From NCBI RefSeq assembly GCF_028368995.1, contig NZ_JAQNDL010000001.1, positions 2,208,001 through 2,272,000 of the forward strand: DNA of 64,000 nt, in the 5' to 3' direction. This document shows, in pieces, positions 49,243 to 63,093 of the stretch. Each line of letters opens with the position of its first letter. Positions within the stretch are counted from its first letter, which is position 1. This DNA comes from Nannocystis bainbridge (GTDB lineage Bacteria; Myxococcota_A; Polyangia; Nannocystales; Nannocystaceae). Position numbers and translations under genes: made by a program. Under the pieces are notes generated by a model. The model saw only the letters and a list, made by a program, of their open reading frames with translations, did not search any database and was not told the DNA's origin.

Positions 49243-50349
49243 TTGAGCCACCAGCCTTACATCTCGATCCTCATCCCGCTGCTCGACGAGCTGCGATCGA
49301 TCCCCGAGATGCACGCGCAGGTCACCGACGCCTGCACCCGGCTCGGTCGCACCTACGAGATCTTGTGGATCGACGACGGCAGCCGCGACGGCTCGGCGCA
49401 CGCGCTCGACGACCTCGCCGCGCGCGACCCACGCTCGCGCGTGGTCCATTTCCGCCGCAACTTCGGCAAGTCGTCGGCGCTGGCCGCCGGCTTCGAGCGG
49501 GTGCGCGGGCAGATCGTCATCACCATGGACGCCGACCTGCAGGACGACCCGGCCATGATCGACGACTTCGTCAAGCGCATCGAGGCCGGCGCCGATTTGG
49601 TGTCGGGGTGGAAGAAGCGGCGCCACGACCCGCTCGACAAGACCTTGCCCTCGCGATTCTTCAACGCCGTCGTCAGCCGGCTGTCGGGCGTGCGGCTGCA
49701 CGACTTCAACTGCGGCTTCAAGGCCTACCGGGCCGACTGCGTGCGCGAGCTGGCCGTCTACGGCGGCTTTCACCGGTTCCTCCCGGTCCTCGCCCACCAC
49801 CGCGGCTTCCGCGTCGAGGAGCTGATCGTCAACCATCGCGCGCGCAAGCACGGCAAGAGCAAGTACGGCTTCATGCGCATGTTCGACGGCCTGCTCGACC
49901 TGCTGACGGTCCTGCTGGTCACCCGCTACCGCACCCGGCCGCTGCATTTCTTCGGCATCCCCGGCCTGGTCCTCGGCGGACTCGGCGTGCTGATCCTGGT
50001 CTACCTCAGCTTCCTGTGGCTGTTCGGCTACGCGATCGGCGAGCGCCCGCTGCTCACGCTCGGCGTCCTGCTCACGATCGTGGCCATGCAGTTCGTCGGC
50101 GTCGGCCTGCTCGGCGAGCTGCTGGTGCGCACCACCATCCGCTCGCAAGAGGTCTTCTCGATCCGCGACGAGCGCGAGGCGCCCGCGGCCACCCGCGCCG
50201 CCATCTACGCCCAGCCGAGCCCGCAGCTCGGCCCCTCGGCCCCGCCGCTGGCCGGCCGTCAGCTGCCCGTCTCGGCCGCCGAGGTCATCAGCGAAGAGGC
50301 GCAGACCGTCACTGTCCCGGGCAAGCCGAACCCGCCCGCGCGCCGCTGA
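49243..50349 (+). CDS. GT2 glycosyltransferase (ArnC/DPM-synthase-like)
   Basis: DDGSRD, RRNFGKSSAL, MDADLQDDP, DFNCGFKAY; two C-terminal TM helices. Confidence 0.9.
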   Translation: MSHQPYISILIPLLDELRSIPEMHAQVTDACTRLGRTYEILWIDDGSRDGSAHALDDLAARDPRSRVVHFRRNFGKSSALAAGFERVRGQIVITMDADLQDDPAMIDDFVKRIEAGADLVSGWKKRRHDPLDKTLPSRFFNAVVSRLSGVRLHDFNCGFKAYRADCVRELAVYGGFHRFLPVLAHHRGFRVEELIVNHRARKHGKSKYGFMRMFDGLLDLLTVLLVTRYRTRPLHFFGIPGLVLGGLGVLILVYLSFLWLFGYAIGERPLLTLGVLLTIVAMQFVGVGLLGELLVRTTIRSQEVFSIRDEREAPAATRAAIYAQPSPQLGPSAPPLAGRQLPVSAAEVISEEAQTVTVPGKPNPPARR

Positions 50350-50362
50350 CTCCGGGACCCGC

Positions 50363-50962
50363 ATGACCAGCGGCAACAAGCAGAAGCACGAGAGCAAGAA
50401 CCCGGTCCAGCGCGCCCTCATCGCCCGCTTCAAGCGCGAGGCCGCGGCGCTGGTGCGGCAGGCCGCCCCGCGCACGATCCTCGACCTCGGCTGCGGCGAG
50501 GGCTTCATGATCGAGGCCCTGCTGCAGGCCGGCATCGCCGCCGAGTTCACCGGCATCGACCTGTCCCACGGCGCGATCGCCGACGCCCGCGCGCGCATCG
50601 GCGGGCGCGCCAACCTCGAAGTCATGGACGCGCGCCAGCTCGTCGACGACGGCCGCAGCTTCGACCTGGTGATGATGCTCGAGGTCCTCGAGCACATCCC
50701 CGCGCCGGCGCAGATGCTGCCGGTGTTGCGCCGCCTGGCCCGCCAGCACGTGCTGCTCAGCGTCCCGCGCGAGCCGTTCTTCTGCGCCCTCAACTTCATG
50801 CGCGGCAAGAACCTCGTGCGCCTCGGCAACGACCCCGAGCACGTCAACCACTGGGGCCGCGCCGGCTTCCACCGCTTCGTCGCCCGCGACTTCGAGGTCC
50901 TCGCCGCCCCCGGCGTGTTCCCGTGGACGATGATCCTCGCCCGCCCGCGCAAGCGCGACTGA
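50363..50962 (+). CDS. Class I SAM-dependent methyltransferase
   Basis: ILDLGCGEG, EVLEHI, SVPREP, PEHVNHW. Confidence 0.87.
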   Translation: MTSGNKQKHESKNPVQRALIARFKREAAALVRQAAPRTILDLGCGEGFMIEALLQAGIAAEFTGIDLSHGAIADARARIGGRANLEVMDARQLVDDGRSFDLVMMLEVLEHIPAPAQMLPVLRRLARQHVLLSVPREPFFCALNFMRGKNLVRLGNDPEHVNHWGRAGFHRFVARDFEVLAAPGVFPWTMILARPRKRD

Positions 50963-51091
50963 CGACGACGCGCCGACGTCGGGCCTCGATGCCCGCCACG
51001 CGGGCATCACGATCGCCGCCTCCGGGCGCGCCGCCATCACGACGATGACCGTCGTGACAGCGGGGCCGCAGCCGGCGCGCTCGACCGGGCG

Positions 51092-51418
51092 TCAATCGAC
51101 GTCGACGACTTCGCTGCACCCGTAGACGTCGCGCGCGACCTTCCAGCAGTCCGGAAAGCCCGCCGGCGCGACGCCGCCGTCGTGGCTGCGCAGGCACTTC
51201 CAGGGCTCGCGGGAAGAGGGCCAGACGGTCGCCCATTGCCGGCGCGTCGGACTGGCGTCGGACGACGCCGAGCAAGCTCGGGCCCGCGGGAGCTCCGTCT
51301 CGCTGCCCTCGGGTTGTGGCTGGGCGAACTCGTCGGGCTGAGCCGCCTCGGTCTCGGGCTCGACAAAAGCGGCGACGGCGCTCAGCAGCGCCGCCTGGAT
51401 ACTGGAAACGAACAACAT
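51092..51418 (-). CDS. Hypothetical small exported protein (108 aa, 4 Cys)
   Basis: AGGAGG RBS before ATG at 51418; hydrophobic N-terminus MLFVSSIQAALLSAVAAF. Confidence 0.5.
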   Translation of the reverse strand: MLFVSSIQAALLSAVAAFVEPETEAAQPDEFAQPQPEGSETELPRARACSASSDASPTRRQWATVWPSSREPWKCLRSHDGGVAPAGFPDCWKVARDVYGCSEVVDVD

Positions 51419-51632
51419 CGGATCTACCTCCTGTGATTTCGCAGCCATCGCAGCATGGTCGACGGCAGTCCAACGATGAGGAGGTTCCTCCGTACCCGCC
51501 AGCGACCGACCGCAAAAATTGATCCGTGCCTGCCGAGCAGGCTCGGCCTGTTCGACCCGGGTTCAAGGATGGCCTCGCGCGCGAGCGACCGCCCAGATAG
51601 GCGGAGCGCCTGCAACGTCCGGTCGACGCCGT

Positions 51633-51770
51633 CGCAGTGTCACCGAGCCTCACGCGCCACCTCGCGCGGCCTCGACTTCACGCGAACGGCAGATCGATCA
51701 CCACCATCGCAGTGTCACCGGGCCTCACGCGCCACCTCGGCTTCACGCGAACGGCTGATGATCACCACCG
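51633..51770. repeat. Direct repeat, 2 copies
   Basis: cgcagtgtcaccg.gcctcacgcgccacctcg...cttcacgcgaacggc.gat..gatcaccacc at about 51633 and 51709. Confidence 0.75.
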
Positions 51771-51775
51771 ATGTC

Positions 51776-52726
51776 TCATCGTTCCGCTCCACGCCCGAGC
51801 TGCTCGCGCGCCGCCACCAATCGTGCCACCGCCGCGTGCGTCGGCGCGGACAGCCCGTGCCGCTCCGCCAGCCGGGCCACCGCCCCATTTAAAAAGGCCA
51901 TCTCCGTCGCCGCCCCGCGCCGCAGGTCTTGCAGCATCGCGTTGTCGTTCGCGCGCGTCTTCTCGGTCGACGTGAACACGCGCCCCAGGTCCTCGTCGCG
52001 CAGCGTCACCCCCTCCGCGGCCGCCACCACCCGCGCCTCCGCCAGCAACGTCCCGGCCAGCGCCCGCAGCTCGGGCACGTCGAGGATCGCCCCGTTGGCC
52101 GCGCCGAGCAGCGCACACGGCCCGCTGACCGCCAGGTTCCACAGCGACTTGCGCCACTCGCACGCCGCGATCGACGTCGCCACCGTCACCGGGTAACCCG
52201 CGCCCGCCAGCAGGCCTTGCATTTCGGACATGTGCGAACAGGCAGGTTCGTCGTCGGCCGCCAGCTCGAGCTGGAACACCCCGGCCACGCGCACCGTCGT
52301 CGGCCCCGTCAGCCCCGCCCCGAGCCAGCAGGCTACCCGCACCAGCGCCGCCCCGGCCAGCCGCTCGCGGGCGAGCCCCGCGATCCCGAGCCCGTTCTGA
52401 CACAGCCCGATCGCCTGCCCCGGCCTCACCCGCGACCGCAAAGCATCGAGCGTCTCGCCCAGCTGCGTCGCCTTGACCGCGACCAGCACGATCGCCTCCG
52501 CCGGCACCGTCCACGCCCCCGCGAAATCGACCACCGGCACCCGCGCCTGCCGCTCCTCCGCCCCTGTCAGCGCGAACCCCTCGCTGTTCAGCGTCACCAC
52601 CCGCGGCCCGCGAGCGACCAGCGTCACCGCGGCCACCTCGCTCAGCCGCGCCGCCAGGTGCAGGCCGACTGCACCGGCGCCGAAGATCCAGATCGCTCGA
52701 GGAGGGGTCGCGCTCGTGAGCTGCAC
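51776..52726 (-). CDS. panE: Ketopantoate reductase family protein (PanE/ApbA)
   Basis: GAGAVG, VAVKA, QNGLG, WRK..WN, AMLQDLRRG.ATEMAFLNG. Confidence 0.8.
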   Translation of the reverse strand: MQLTSATPPRAIWIFGAGAVGLHLAARLSEVAAVTLVARGPRVVTLNSEGFALTGAEERQARVPVVDFAGAWTVPAEAIVLVAVKATQLGETLDALRSRVRPGQAIGLCQNGLGIAGLARERLAGAALVRVACWLGAGLTGPTTVRVAGVFQLELAADDEPACSHMSEMQGLLAGAGYPVTVATSIAACEWRKSLWNLAVSGPCALLGAANGAILDVPELRALAGTLLAEARVVAAAEGVTLRDEDLGRVFTSTEKTRANDNAMLQDLRRGAATEMAFLNGAVARLAERHGLSAPTHAAVARLVAAREQLGRGAER

Positions 52727-52832
52727 CCGTACGCCTTAGCACATCACGCGACGTCACGTGCCCCGGCGAAAATCCTTCGCGCGCCACCGCGGCGGCGACC
52801 GACCATCTTCATGCACGTCCGAGGTGACGCGC

Positions 52833-52952
52833 ATGTTGGTCGCATTCTCCACCGTCTCGATCCTCTCCATCGTCGCATTTTATAACGGGCTCCTGCTGGC
52901 CGCGCTGGCCCACTATCTCTGGCGCCACCGCGGCCTCCCGTGGCAGCGCTGA
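52833..52952 (+). CDS. Candidate 39-aa single-TM small protein
   Basis: GAGGTG RBS at 52821; MLVAFSTVSILSIVAFYNGLLLAALAHYLWRHRGLPWQR. Confidence 0.5.
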   Translation: MLVAFSTVSILSIVAFYNGLLLAALAHYLWRHRGLPWQR

Positions 52953-53100
52953 AGCAGGTGCCACGCGCCTCGCGTCCCATCGCAAGGAGGCGATCGCTTT
53001 TGCCCGCACGCACCACGCCGTGAACCCCGCGGCGCCCCTCACCCGGAGCGCCGCAACGGCGCGCCGAGGTTCCAAACGGGCTCACCCGTGCGCGCTCGTC

Positions 53101-53730
53101 TCAGCCGTGGACTGCGCGTGGGTCGTCGCTCATCAGCAGCGGCCCCTCTTCGGGCGCGTCGATCACCAGCACCCGCCGACCGTCGCGGATCTCCGCGCGC
53201 ACCAGCCCGAGCACCGTCACCTCTTCGCCCGGCTCGATCACCCCCTCCTCGTAGCGAATGGCGATGTTGAGCCCGATCATGTTGACGCTCTTCAGCTCGT
53301 GGCGGCGCAGGAACGCCTCCTCGATCTCGCTCGCGTCGTCGAATGTGCCCGAGCGCGTGTGCAGGTCGCGGACCACCGCCACCCGCGGCACGCTCGTCAC
53401 CACCTGCAGCCTGCCGGTCCCGTCGTCGATCGAAAAATCGACGTAGCGCTCCTCGCGGGCCACCTCGCGCCAGTAGTTGCGCCCCGTCTCCTGGTCCACC
53501 GTCGCCAGGTAGTACACGCTCGCGCGGCCGGACAGCGGCGCCTGCAGCACGCGCTCGCCGGCCACCACCCGCCCGCTCACCCGCGCCACCTCGCCCTCGC
53601 GCAGCCCGCGGATCGGCGTCAAGGGCCGCCGCTTCAGCGTGCGCCGCGTGCGGGCGTCGTTCGACAGCGCAAAGGACAGCCCGGCCCCGACGATGAGCGC
53701 GGCGGCGACGACGAGGATCGGTGCAGGCAT
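53101..53730 (-). CDS. Membrane-anchored GIDE-like domain protein
   Basis: N-terminal TM; LQAPLSGRASVYY, FSIDDGTG, RYEEGVIEPGEEVTVLG, LLMSD. Confidence 0.7.
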   Translation of the reverse strand: MPAPILVVAAALIVGAGLSFALSNDARTRRTLKRRPLTPIRGLREGEVARVSGRVVAGERVLQAPLSGRASVYYLATVDQETGRNYWREVAREERYVDFSIDDGTGRLQVVTSVPRVAVVRDLHTRSGTFDDASEIEEAFLRRHELKSVNMIGLNIAIRYEEGVIEPGEEVTVLGLVRAEIRDGRRVLVIDAPEEGPLLMSDDPRAVHG

Positions 53731-53868
53731 CGGCGCCGCATCCTAGCACGACCGCCGGCGGGCCTGTCTGGGCCCGCCACCGCCCCGGCGAGCCCTCCGA
53801 GCCCCGTCCTGCGCGCCGGCGAGCCCCCGCGCGCCCTCGCCCCGCTCGCCCGGGCGAGGCCCGAAGGC

Positions 53869-54147
53869 CATGTCCCTCGAGACACATCATCTCCCGCGCA
53901 GTCGGGGCGATGACTCGAAGAATTATCCCTCGCCCTACCATACACATGTCCCCGAGACCATGTCTCGAAGGACATGTCATCCTACCCCCTCCTCACCCCG
54001 CGCACCCCATGCCCCTTGCGACCTGGGACGTTGGCGACGCGCCCGACGTCGCGAATCACATGTCCCATGCGACATGTGATTCGGACCGACACCCACGTCT
54101 CCACCTCCCAAAGTACATGTCCTTCGCGACATGTCCCGAGAAACATC
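53869..54147. repeat. Cluster of 14-bp-phased arrays
   Basis: Cores at 53945/53959/53973, 54008/54022, 54059/54073, 54116/54130/54144, plus 53869. Confidence 0.85.
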
Positions 54148-54148
54148 A

Positions 54149-57634
<3,486 letters not shown>

Positions 57635-57704
57635 CGCCAGGCGAGTGCTGGTTGTCGCGAGTTTGATCGGTGAAAAACGCCGACTTTGGCGCGCGCGATC
57701 TCGC

Positions 57705-58361
57705 TCACTTGCGAGCGCGCAGGTAGCCGTCGATCTTGTCGCCGATGCTGCGCATCGCGCTGTCGAGGTCGCGCACCTGGCTGTCCCTCAGGTCAGGTTG
57801 GGCCAGCAGCAATTCCGTCGCCTCGCGCAGCCGCTCCCGCGCCCGCGCGATCCGACCGGCCATCGTCCCGCCTGGCACCGCGAACAGCTCGGCCAGCTCG
57901 CGCGCCGTCAGCTGCTCGTACTCCTTCAGCTCGAGCACGATCCGGTCGTCGAGGCTCAGCCCGCGCAGCGCCTGCGACACCACGTGCTCGATCTGCCGGT
58001 CGGCCAGCAGCGACGACAGCGACCCCTCCGTCGCCGGATCGATCACGCTCTCCTCGGCCGGGTCGAACGTCGGCCCGCGGCGCGAGCGGTGGCGGATGTG
58101 CTCGAGCAGCTTGTTGCGGGCGATGCCGAACACGAACCCCTTGAACGACGCCGTCCCGCCGCGGAACGCGTCGCGGCGGCGGCACAGCGCCTCGAAGGTC
58201 CCCTGGGTCAGGTCCTCGCAGGCGTCGCCGCTGACCTTCGAGAAGAAGAACCGGTACACGCTCGCGTAGTGGCGGGCGATCAGCGCCCGCCCGGCCGCGA
58301 TCGTCCCGGCTTGCCACGCGTGGAGGAGCGAGAGGTCGTCTTCGCCGGGCTCGGGTCCCAC
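57705..58361 (-). CDS. ECF-type sigma-70 factor
   Basis: LIARHYASVYRFF, EDLTQGTF, FVFGIARN (region 2); LELKEYEQLTARELAELFAVPGGTMAGRIARAR (region 4). Confidence 0.9.
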   Translation of the reverse strand: MGPEPGEDDLSLLHAWQAGTIAAGRALIARHYASVYRFFFSKVSGDACEDLTQGTFEALCRRRDAFRGGTASFKGFVFGIARNKLLEHIRHRSRRGPTFDPAEESVIDPATEGSLSSLLADRQIEHVVSQALRGLSLDDRIVLELKEYEQLTARELAELFAVPGGTMAGRIARARERLREATELLLAQPDLRDSQVRDLDSAMRSIGDKIDGYLRARK

Positions 58362-58371
58362 GCGACGATCA

Positions 58372-59859
58372 CTACTCGATCGCCGGCTCCGCGTCACGCG
58401 GCGGCGGCTTCAGGGCCGCCGACAGCGAGCGCGGCGTGATCCCCTCGGCCACCACCAGCAGCGCCACGAACGTCGCCATCGCCGCCCCCGCGGCCGCCAG
58501 CGCGCGCACCACCGGCAGCTCGACCCCGGCCACCAGCGCCCGCGCCACCGTGCCCGCGGCGATCGCCAGACCTGTCCACAAGGCCAGGCGCAGCATCGCC
58601 GCCGCGTAGCGACCGGCGCCGATCTCGAGGTGACGCAGGGCGAACCGCAGCAGCACCCAGAACGCGATCGGGTAGCCGATCACCCACGCCCACGCCACCG
58701 ACGCGTAGCCCAGCCGGTCGCCGAGCAGCACCGCCGCGATCGCGAACCACAGCGGCATCGTCACCGCCGCCACCGCCATGTACGTCAGCGTCAGGCTCGG
58801 GCGGCCGACCCCGTCGAGCAGCGGGGGCACCACCGCGCTGAGCGCCCGCAGCAGCGCCGCGATCGCCAGCACCCGCACCGCCACCGCCGCGCCGACCCAC
58901 TGCGCGTCGAGCAGCAGCAGCAGGTCGGGCGCCGCCGGGACCACGATCACCAGGAAGCCGGCGACGACGATGAAGCTGAGCCGCGACAGCTTCAAGAACT
59001 GCTCCGCCAGCACCGCCGGCCGGCCCCGCGCGCGCGAGAACGCCGGGAACGCCACCGACACCACCACCGTGCTGATGATGCGCGCCGGGTCGAGCGCCAG
59101 GTCGGCCGCCGCCTTGTAGAGCCCGAGCGCCGTGCGGCCGAAGAAGTGGCCGACGATGTAGAAATCGAGGCCGGTGTAGACGAAGAACAGGATCCGGCTG
59201 AACGAGGTCTTGAGCCCGAACAGCACCGCCTCGCGGGTCGCCGCCCAGTCGAACAGCAGCCGCGGCAGCCACGGCTGGAAGTACTGCACCCCCGCCGTCG
59301 TCACCAGCGTGCGCCCGATCGCCCCGGCGATGAAGCACCAGATCCCGACCAGCGGCGCCGCCACCAGCAGGGCCACGTTCTCGGCCACGCTGGCGAGGAA
59401 GCGGATCAGCGAGAACTCGCGGAACCGCAGCTCGCGGATCATCAGCGCCCCCGGCACCATGTAGAGGTTCTGCAGCAGCAGCTTGACGCAGTGCGCCTGC
59501 AGCATCCAGCCGACGATCGGCGCCTGGTAGTGGCTGGCGAGCAGCGGCGCCACGACGAAGAAGATCGCCGCCACGATCGTGAGCGACAGCAGCAGGTTGA
59601 GCCAGAACACCGTCGAGAGGCGCGCCGGCGTGTGGTCGCCCTGCTGCACCAGCGCCCCCGGCAGCCCCAGCTCGGTCGCCAGGTCGAGGATCGGGATCGC
59701 CGCCAGCGCCAGCGTGGCCACCCCGTACTCCTCGGGGGTGATCCAGATCGCCAGCAGCACCGCCTTGGTCGCCACGTCGCCCACGCCCATCAGCGCCGTG
59801 GCCGTGCCGACCCACGCCAGGCTCTGGTTGACGCGGACCTGCTCCTCGCGCTCCGACAT
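58372..59859 (-). CDS. Wzx-type oligosaccharide flippase
   Basis: ITPEEYGV, ELGLPGALVQ, LSTVFWLN, GLY..A, FPAFSR; about 12 TM helices. Confidence 0.88.
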   Translation of the reverse strand: MSEREEQVRVNQSLAWVGTATALMGVGDVATKAVLLAIWITPEEYGVATLALAAIPILDLATELGLPGALVQQGDHTPARLSTVFWLNLLLSLTIVAAIFFVVAPLLASHYQAPIVGWMLQAHCVKLLLQNLYMVPGALMIRELRFREFSLIRFLASVAENVALLVAAPLVGIWCFIAGAIGRTLVTTAGVQYFQPWLPRLLFDWAATREAVLFGLKTSFSRILFFVYTGLDFYIVGHFFGRTALGLYKAAADLALDPARIISTVVVSVAFPAFSRARGRPAVLAEQFLKLSRLSFIVVAGFLVIVVPAAPDLLLLLDAQWVGAAVAVRVLAIAALLRALSAVVPPLLDGVGRPSLTLTYMAVAAVTMPLWFAIAAVLLGDRLGYASVAWAWVIGYPIAFWVLLRFALRHLEIGAGRYAAAMLRLALWTGLAIAAGTVARALVAGVELPVVRALAAAGAAMATFVALLVVAEGITPRSLSAALKPPPRDAEPAIE

Positions 59860-59861
59860 CC

Positions 59862-60515
59862 TCACTCCCGCCGCAGCACCGCGCAGCTGACCTGGTACGG
59901 GCGCGTCAGCCAGCGCAGCCGCGAGCCCGCGGTCCCGCTCGGGCTGTCCCGAAGGCCAGCCAGCTTGCGGAGGTCGCGGACCAGCAGCCACGGCCGGCGC
60001 AGCAGCTCGGGCGCGTAGCTCGGCCCGTCGACGACCTCGGCGCGGACCCGGCGCAGCTGCGGGAACAGCTCGCGTGACATGTCCTCGGGGTCAGGTCGAT
60101 AGTACGTGTCGATCGGGTCCGGGTGGTACGGGTAGCTGAACGGCACCGTGACGATCAGCAGCCCGCCGGCGGGCACCAGCGCCGCCAGCCCGCGGGCCAG
60201 CGCCGCGCGGTCGGTCACGTGCTCGAGCATGTTGCAGCACAGGATCGCCCGCGCCCCGACCGCCTGCAGCCGCGCGTGCCCCTCCGGGCTCAGCGCGTCC
60301 GCGGCGATGTCGACCCCTGGCAGCTGCTTCAGGTCGCTGTGCACCACCTCGGCCCCGCGGGCCCGCAGCGGCGCGAACACCTCGCGGTCGATCCACGGCT
60401 GCACGGCTGTCCTGAAGTGCAGGTCACTGCTGCCGAGGTTGAGCAGCGGCGTCAGCTCCGCGTCGCCCAGCTCCTGCAGCCGCGCCCGCAGCCACCGCGC
60501 CTCGACCTCAAGCAC
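59862..60515 (-). CDS. Class I SAM-dependent methyltransferase (glycan tailoring)
   Basis: LNLGS, GVDIAADA, CCNMLEHV, GGLLIVTVPFSYPYHPDPID. Confidence 0.8.
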   Translation of the reverse strand: MLEVEARWLRARLQELGDAELTPLLNLGSSDLHFRTAVQPWIDREVFAPLRARGAEVVHSDLKQLPGVDIAADALSPEGHARLQAVGARAILCCNMLEHVTDRAALARGLAALVPAGGLLIVTVPFSYPYHPDPIDTYYRPDPEDMSRELFPQLRRVRAEVVDGPSYAPELLRRPWLLVRDLRKLAGLRDSPSGTAGSRLRWLTRPYQVSCAVLRRE

Positions 60516-61344
60516 GGACCTGCTCCTCGGGCCAGCTCGCCACCGACTCGAGCCCGCCGGCCAGCGCGATCTCGGCGACGAAGCCGAGCCGCTCCTTCGC
60601 GCGGGTCGGGTCGAGCACGTAGCGCATCACCTCGCTGCCGCGGTACGGCAGCGCACCGAGGTCGACCAGCTCGGTGCGACCGACGCGCCACGCCAGCGCG
60701 CGCACCACCATCGCCACCGCCGACTCGATCCCCGTGCCCGCGTTGTAGACCCCGACCGGCGCGTCGGCCTCGGTGCAGCGCGCCAGCAGGCGGGCCACGT
60801 CGCGCACGTGCACGAAATCGCGGGTCTGCTCGCCGGGCGTGCACGCGAACCGCTCGCCGGCCCGCAGCGCCGCCAGCAGCGACGGGATCAGCATCCCTGG
60901 CCGCTGACCGGGCCCGTAGACCACCCCGGGCCGCACGATCACCGCCTCGATCCCCAGCCTCGCCGCCGCCGCGCGCACCTCGTCCTCGCCGCGGATCTTC
61001 GCCCGCGCGTACGGCGTGTCGCCGAGCCGCTGCGCGTCCTCGACGAACGGCACCGGCTGCAGCCCGTACACCTCGCCCGAGCTGACGTAGACCACCCGCC
61101 GGGCCCCGCGGGCCGCCGCGATCGCCAGCGCCCGCAGCGGCGCCGCCACGTGCGCTTCAGTCAACGCCGCCTCGCCGCCCTCGCGGCCGCCGCCGGCCCA
61201 GATCAGCGCATGAACTTCAGGACATGTCCGTTCCGCCAGGCCCTCGCGGCCGAACGCGACCACCGGCGCCGCCGCCAACGCGTCCGCCGCGGCGCGGCCG
61301 ATGAAGCCCCCGCCGCCGCCGATCGCCACGGCGGTGACCGTCAC
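60508..61344 (-). CDS. NAD-dependent epimerase/dehydratase
   Basis: [35 protein letters not shown]. Confidence 0.87.
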   Translation of the reverse strand: MTVTAVAIGGGGGFIGRAAADALAAAPVVAFGREGLAERTCPEVHALIWAGGGREGGEAALTEAHVAAPLRALAIAAARGARRVVYVSSGEVYGLQPVPFVEDAQRLGDTPYARAKIRGEDEVRAAAARLGIEAVIVRPGVVYGPGQRPGMLIPSLLAALRAGERFACTPGEQTRDFVHVRDVARLLARCTEADAPVGVYNAGTGIESAVAMVVRALAWRVGRTELVDLGALPYRGSEVMRYVLDPTRAKERLGFVAEIALAGGLESVASWPEEQVRA

Positions 61345-62318
61345 GCCGCCCCCAGCAGCTCGCGATACCAGGCGATCGTGCGCTGCAGACCTTCGTCGAG
61401 CCCGTGGCGGGGGCGCCAGCCGAGCACCCGCCGCGCCTTCTCGGACGCCAGGAATTGCTCGCGGATCTCCCGCGACGCCTCGCCGAGGATCACCGGCGCC
61501 AGCGCGCGTGCGTCCATGTGGCCGAGCACGCGGTCGACGATCTCGAGCACGCTCTGCGGCCGCTCGTCGGAGAAGTTGAACGCCTCGCCGACCACCTCGG
61601 GCCGGTCCATCTGCTCGGCCAGCTCGAGGTACGCCGCCACCGCGTCGCCGACGTACACGTAGTCGCGTACGAACGTCCCGTCGCTGCGCACCACCGGCCG
61701 CTCGCCGCGGACCACCGAGCGCACCGTGCCCGGGATGATGCGGTTCCAGTTGAGGTCACCCGGGCCGAACAGGTTGCCGCAGCGGGTCACGCACACCGGC
61801 AGCTGGTAGCTGTCGAAGTAGCAGCGCGCGATCAGGTCGGTGCAGCTCTTCGAGCAGTCGTACGGGAACCGGCCCTCGAGCGGCGACGCCTCGGTGTACG
61901 GCAGCACCGGCTGGTCGCCGTAGGCCTTGTCCGAGCTGGCGACCACGACCCGCCGGACCTTGCGCTCGTTGCGTCGGCACGCCTCGAGCAGGTTGTACGA
62001 GCCGCGCACGTTGGCCTCCCACGTCGAGAGCGGGTTGCGCCCGGCGGTGCCGACGATCGTCTGCGCCCCGAGGTGGAACACCGCCTCGATCTCGTGCTCG
62101 TTGATCACCCGCTCGAGCAGCGGGTAGTCCTCGAGCTGGCCCTGCACGCTGACGCAGCGGCGGTCGAGCCCGCGCCCGTGGAACAGGCTGCGCGGGACCC
62201 CGTCGCGGACCAGGCACACCGGCGCCGCCCCGCGGGCCAGCAGCTCCTCGACCATGTGGCTGCCGAGCAGCCCGGTCGCCCCGGTGACGAGCACGTTCTT
62301 GTCTGTCCAAAAGGACAT
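61341..62318 (-). CDS. NDP-sugar 4,6-dehydratase (CDP-glucose 4,6-dehydratase-like)
   Basis: [40 protein letters not shown]; adjacent to rfbF. Confidence 0.85.
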   Translation of the reverse strand: MSFWTDKNVLVTGATGLLGSHMVEELLARGAAPVCLVRDGVPRSLFHGRGLDRRCVSVQGQLEDYPLLERVINEHEIEAVFHLGAQTIVGTAGRNPLSTWEANVRGSYNLLEACRRNERKVRRVVVASSDKAYGDQPVLPYTEASPLEGRFPYDCSKSCTDLIARCYFDSYQLPVCVTRCGNLFGPGDLNWNRIIPGTVRSVVRGERPVVRSDGTFVRDYVYVGDAVAAYLELAEQMDRPEVVGEAFNFSDERPQSVLEIVDRVLGHMDARALAPVILGEASREIREQFLASEKARRVLGWRPRHGLDEGLQRTIAWYRELLGAA

Positions 62319-62319
62319 A

Positions 62320-63093
62320 TTACCAATTCCTCCACGGCGCCGCGCCGCCGGCCCACGCGCGCTCGAGCAGCTGCAGGTCGCGATAGGTGTCCATGCACTG
62401 CCAGAAGCCCTCGTGCCGGTGCACGCGCAGTTGGTCGTCGGCGGCCAGCCGCTCGAGCGGCTCGCGCTCGAGCGTGCAGGCGTCGTCGTCGCGCACGTAC
62501 TCGAGCATCGCCTTGCGGAACACGAAGAAGCCGCCGTTGATCCACCCCTCGGTGACCGCCGGCTTCTCGCTGAAGCTGTCGACGCGCTCGCCGTCGGTCA
62601 GCAGCTCGCCGAAGCGGCTCTGCGGCCGCACCCCGGTGACCGTCCCGATCTTGCCGTGGCTGCGGTGGTACGCCAGCAGCGCCTTGAGGTCGACGTCGCA
62701 CAGCCCGTCGCCGTACGTCAGCATGAAGTCGTCCTCGCCGAGGTGGCGGCCGACCCGGTGCAGCCGCGCCCCGGTCATCGCCTCCTCGCCGGTGTCGACG
62801 CAGGTCACTCGCCAGCGCGCCTCGGGCGGGTTGTGCAGCGTCAGCTTGCCGCCCTGCCCGAGGTCGACCGTGAAGTCGCCCGACAGCGCCGCGAAGTCGA
62901 GGAAGTAGCGCTTGATCACCTCGGCCCGGTAGCCGAGGCACAGCACGAAGTCGTCGAACCCGTGCGACGCGTAGTAGCTCATGATGTGCCAGAGGATCGG
63001 TCGCCCCGCGACCTCGATCATCGGCTTGGGACGCAGCTCCGTCTGCTCTTTGAAGCGGGTCCCCTTGCCCCCGCACAGGATGACGACCTTCAT
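62320..63093 (-). CDS. rfbF: Glucose-1-phosphate cytidylyltransferase
   Basis: [53 protein letters not shown]. Confidence 0.93.
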   Translation of the reverse strand: MKVVILCGGKGTRFKEQTELRPKPMIEVAGRPILWHIMSYYASHGFDDFVLCLGYRAEVIKRYFLDFAALSGDFTVDLGQGGKLTLHNPPEARWRVTCVDTGEEAMTGARLHRVGRHLGEDDFMLTYGDGLCDVDLKALLAYHRSHGKIGTVTGVRPQSRFGELLTDGERVDSFSEKPAVTEGWINGGFFVFRKAMLEYVRDDDACTLEREPLERLAADDQLRVHRHEGFWQCMDTYRDLQLLERAWAGGAAPWRNW

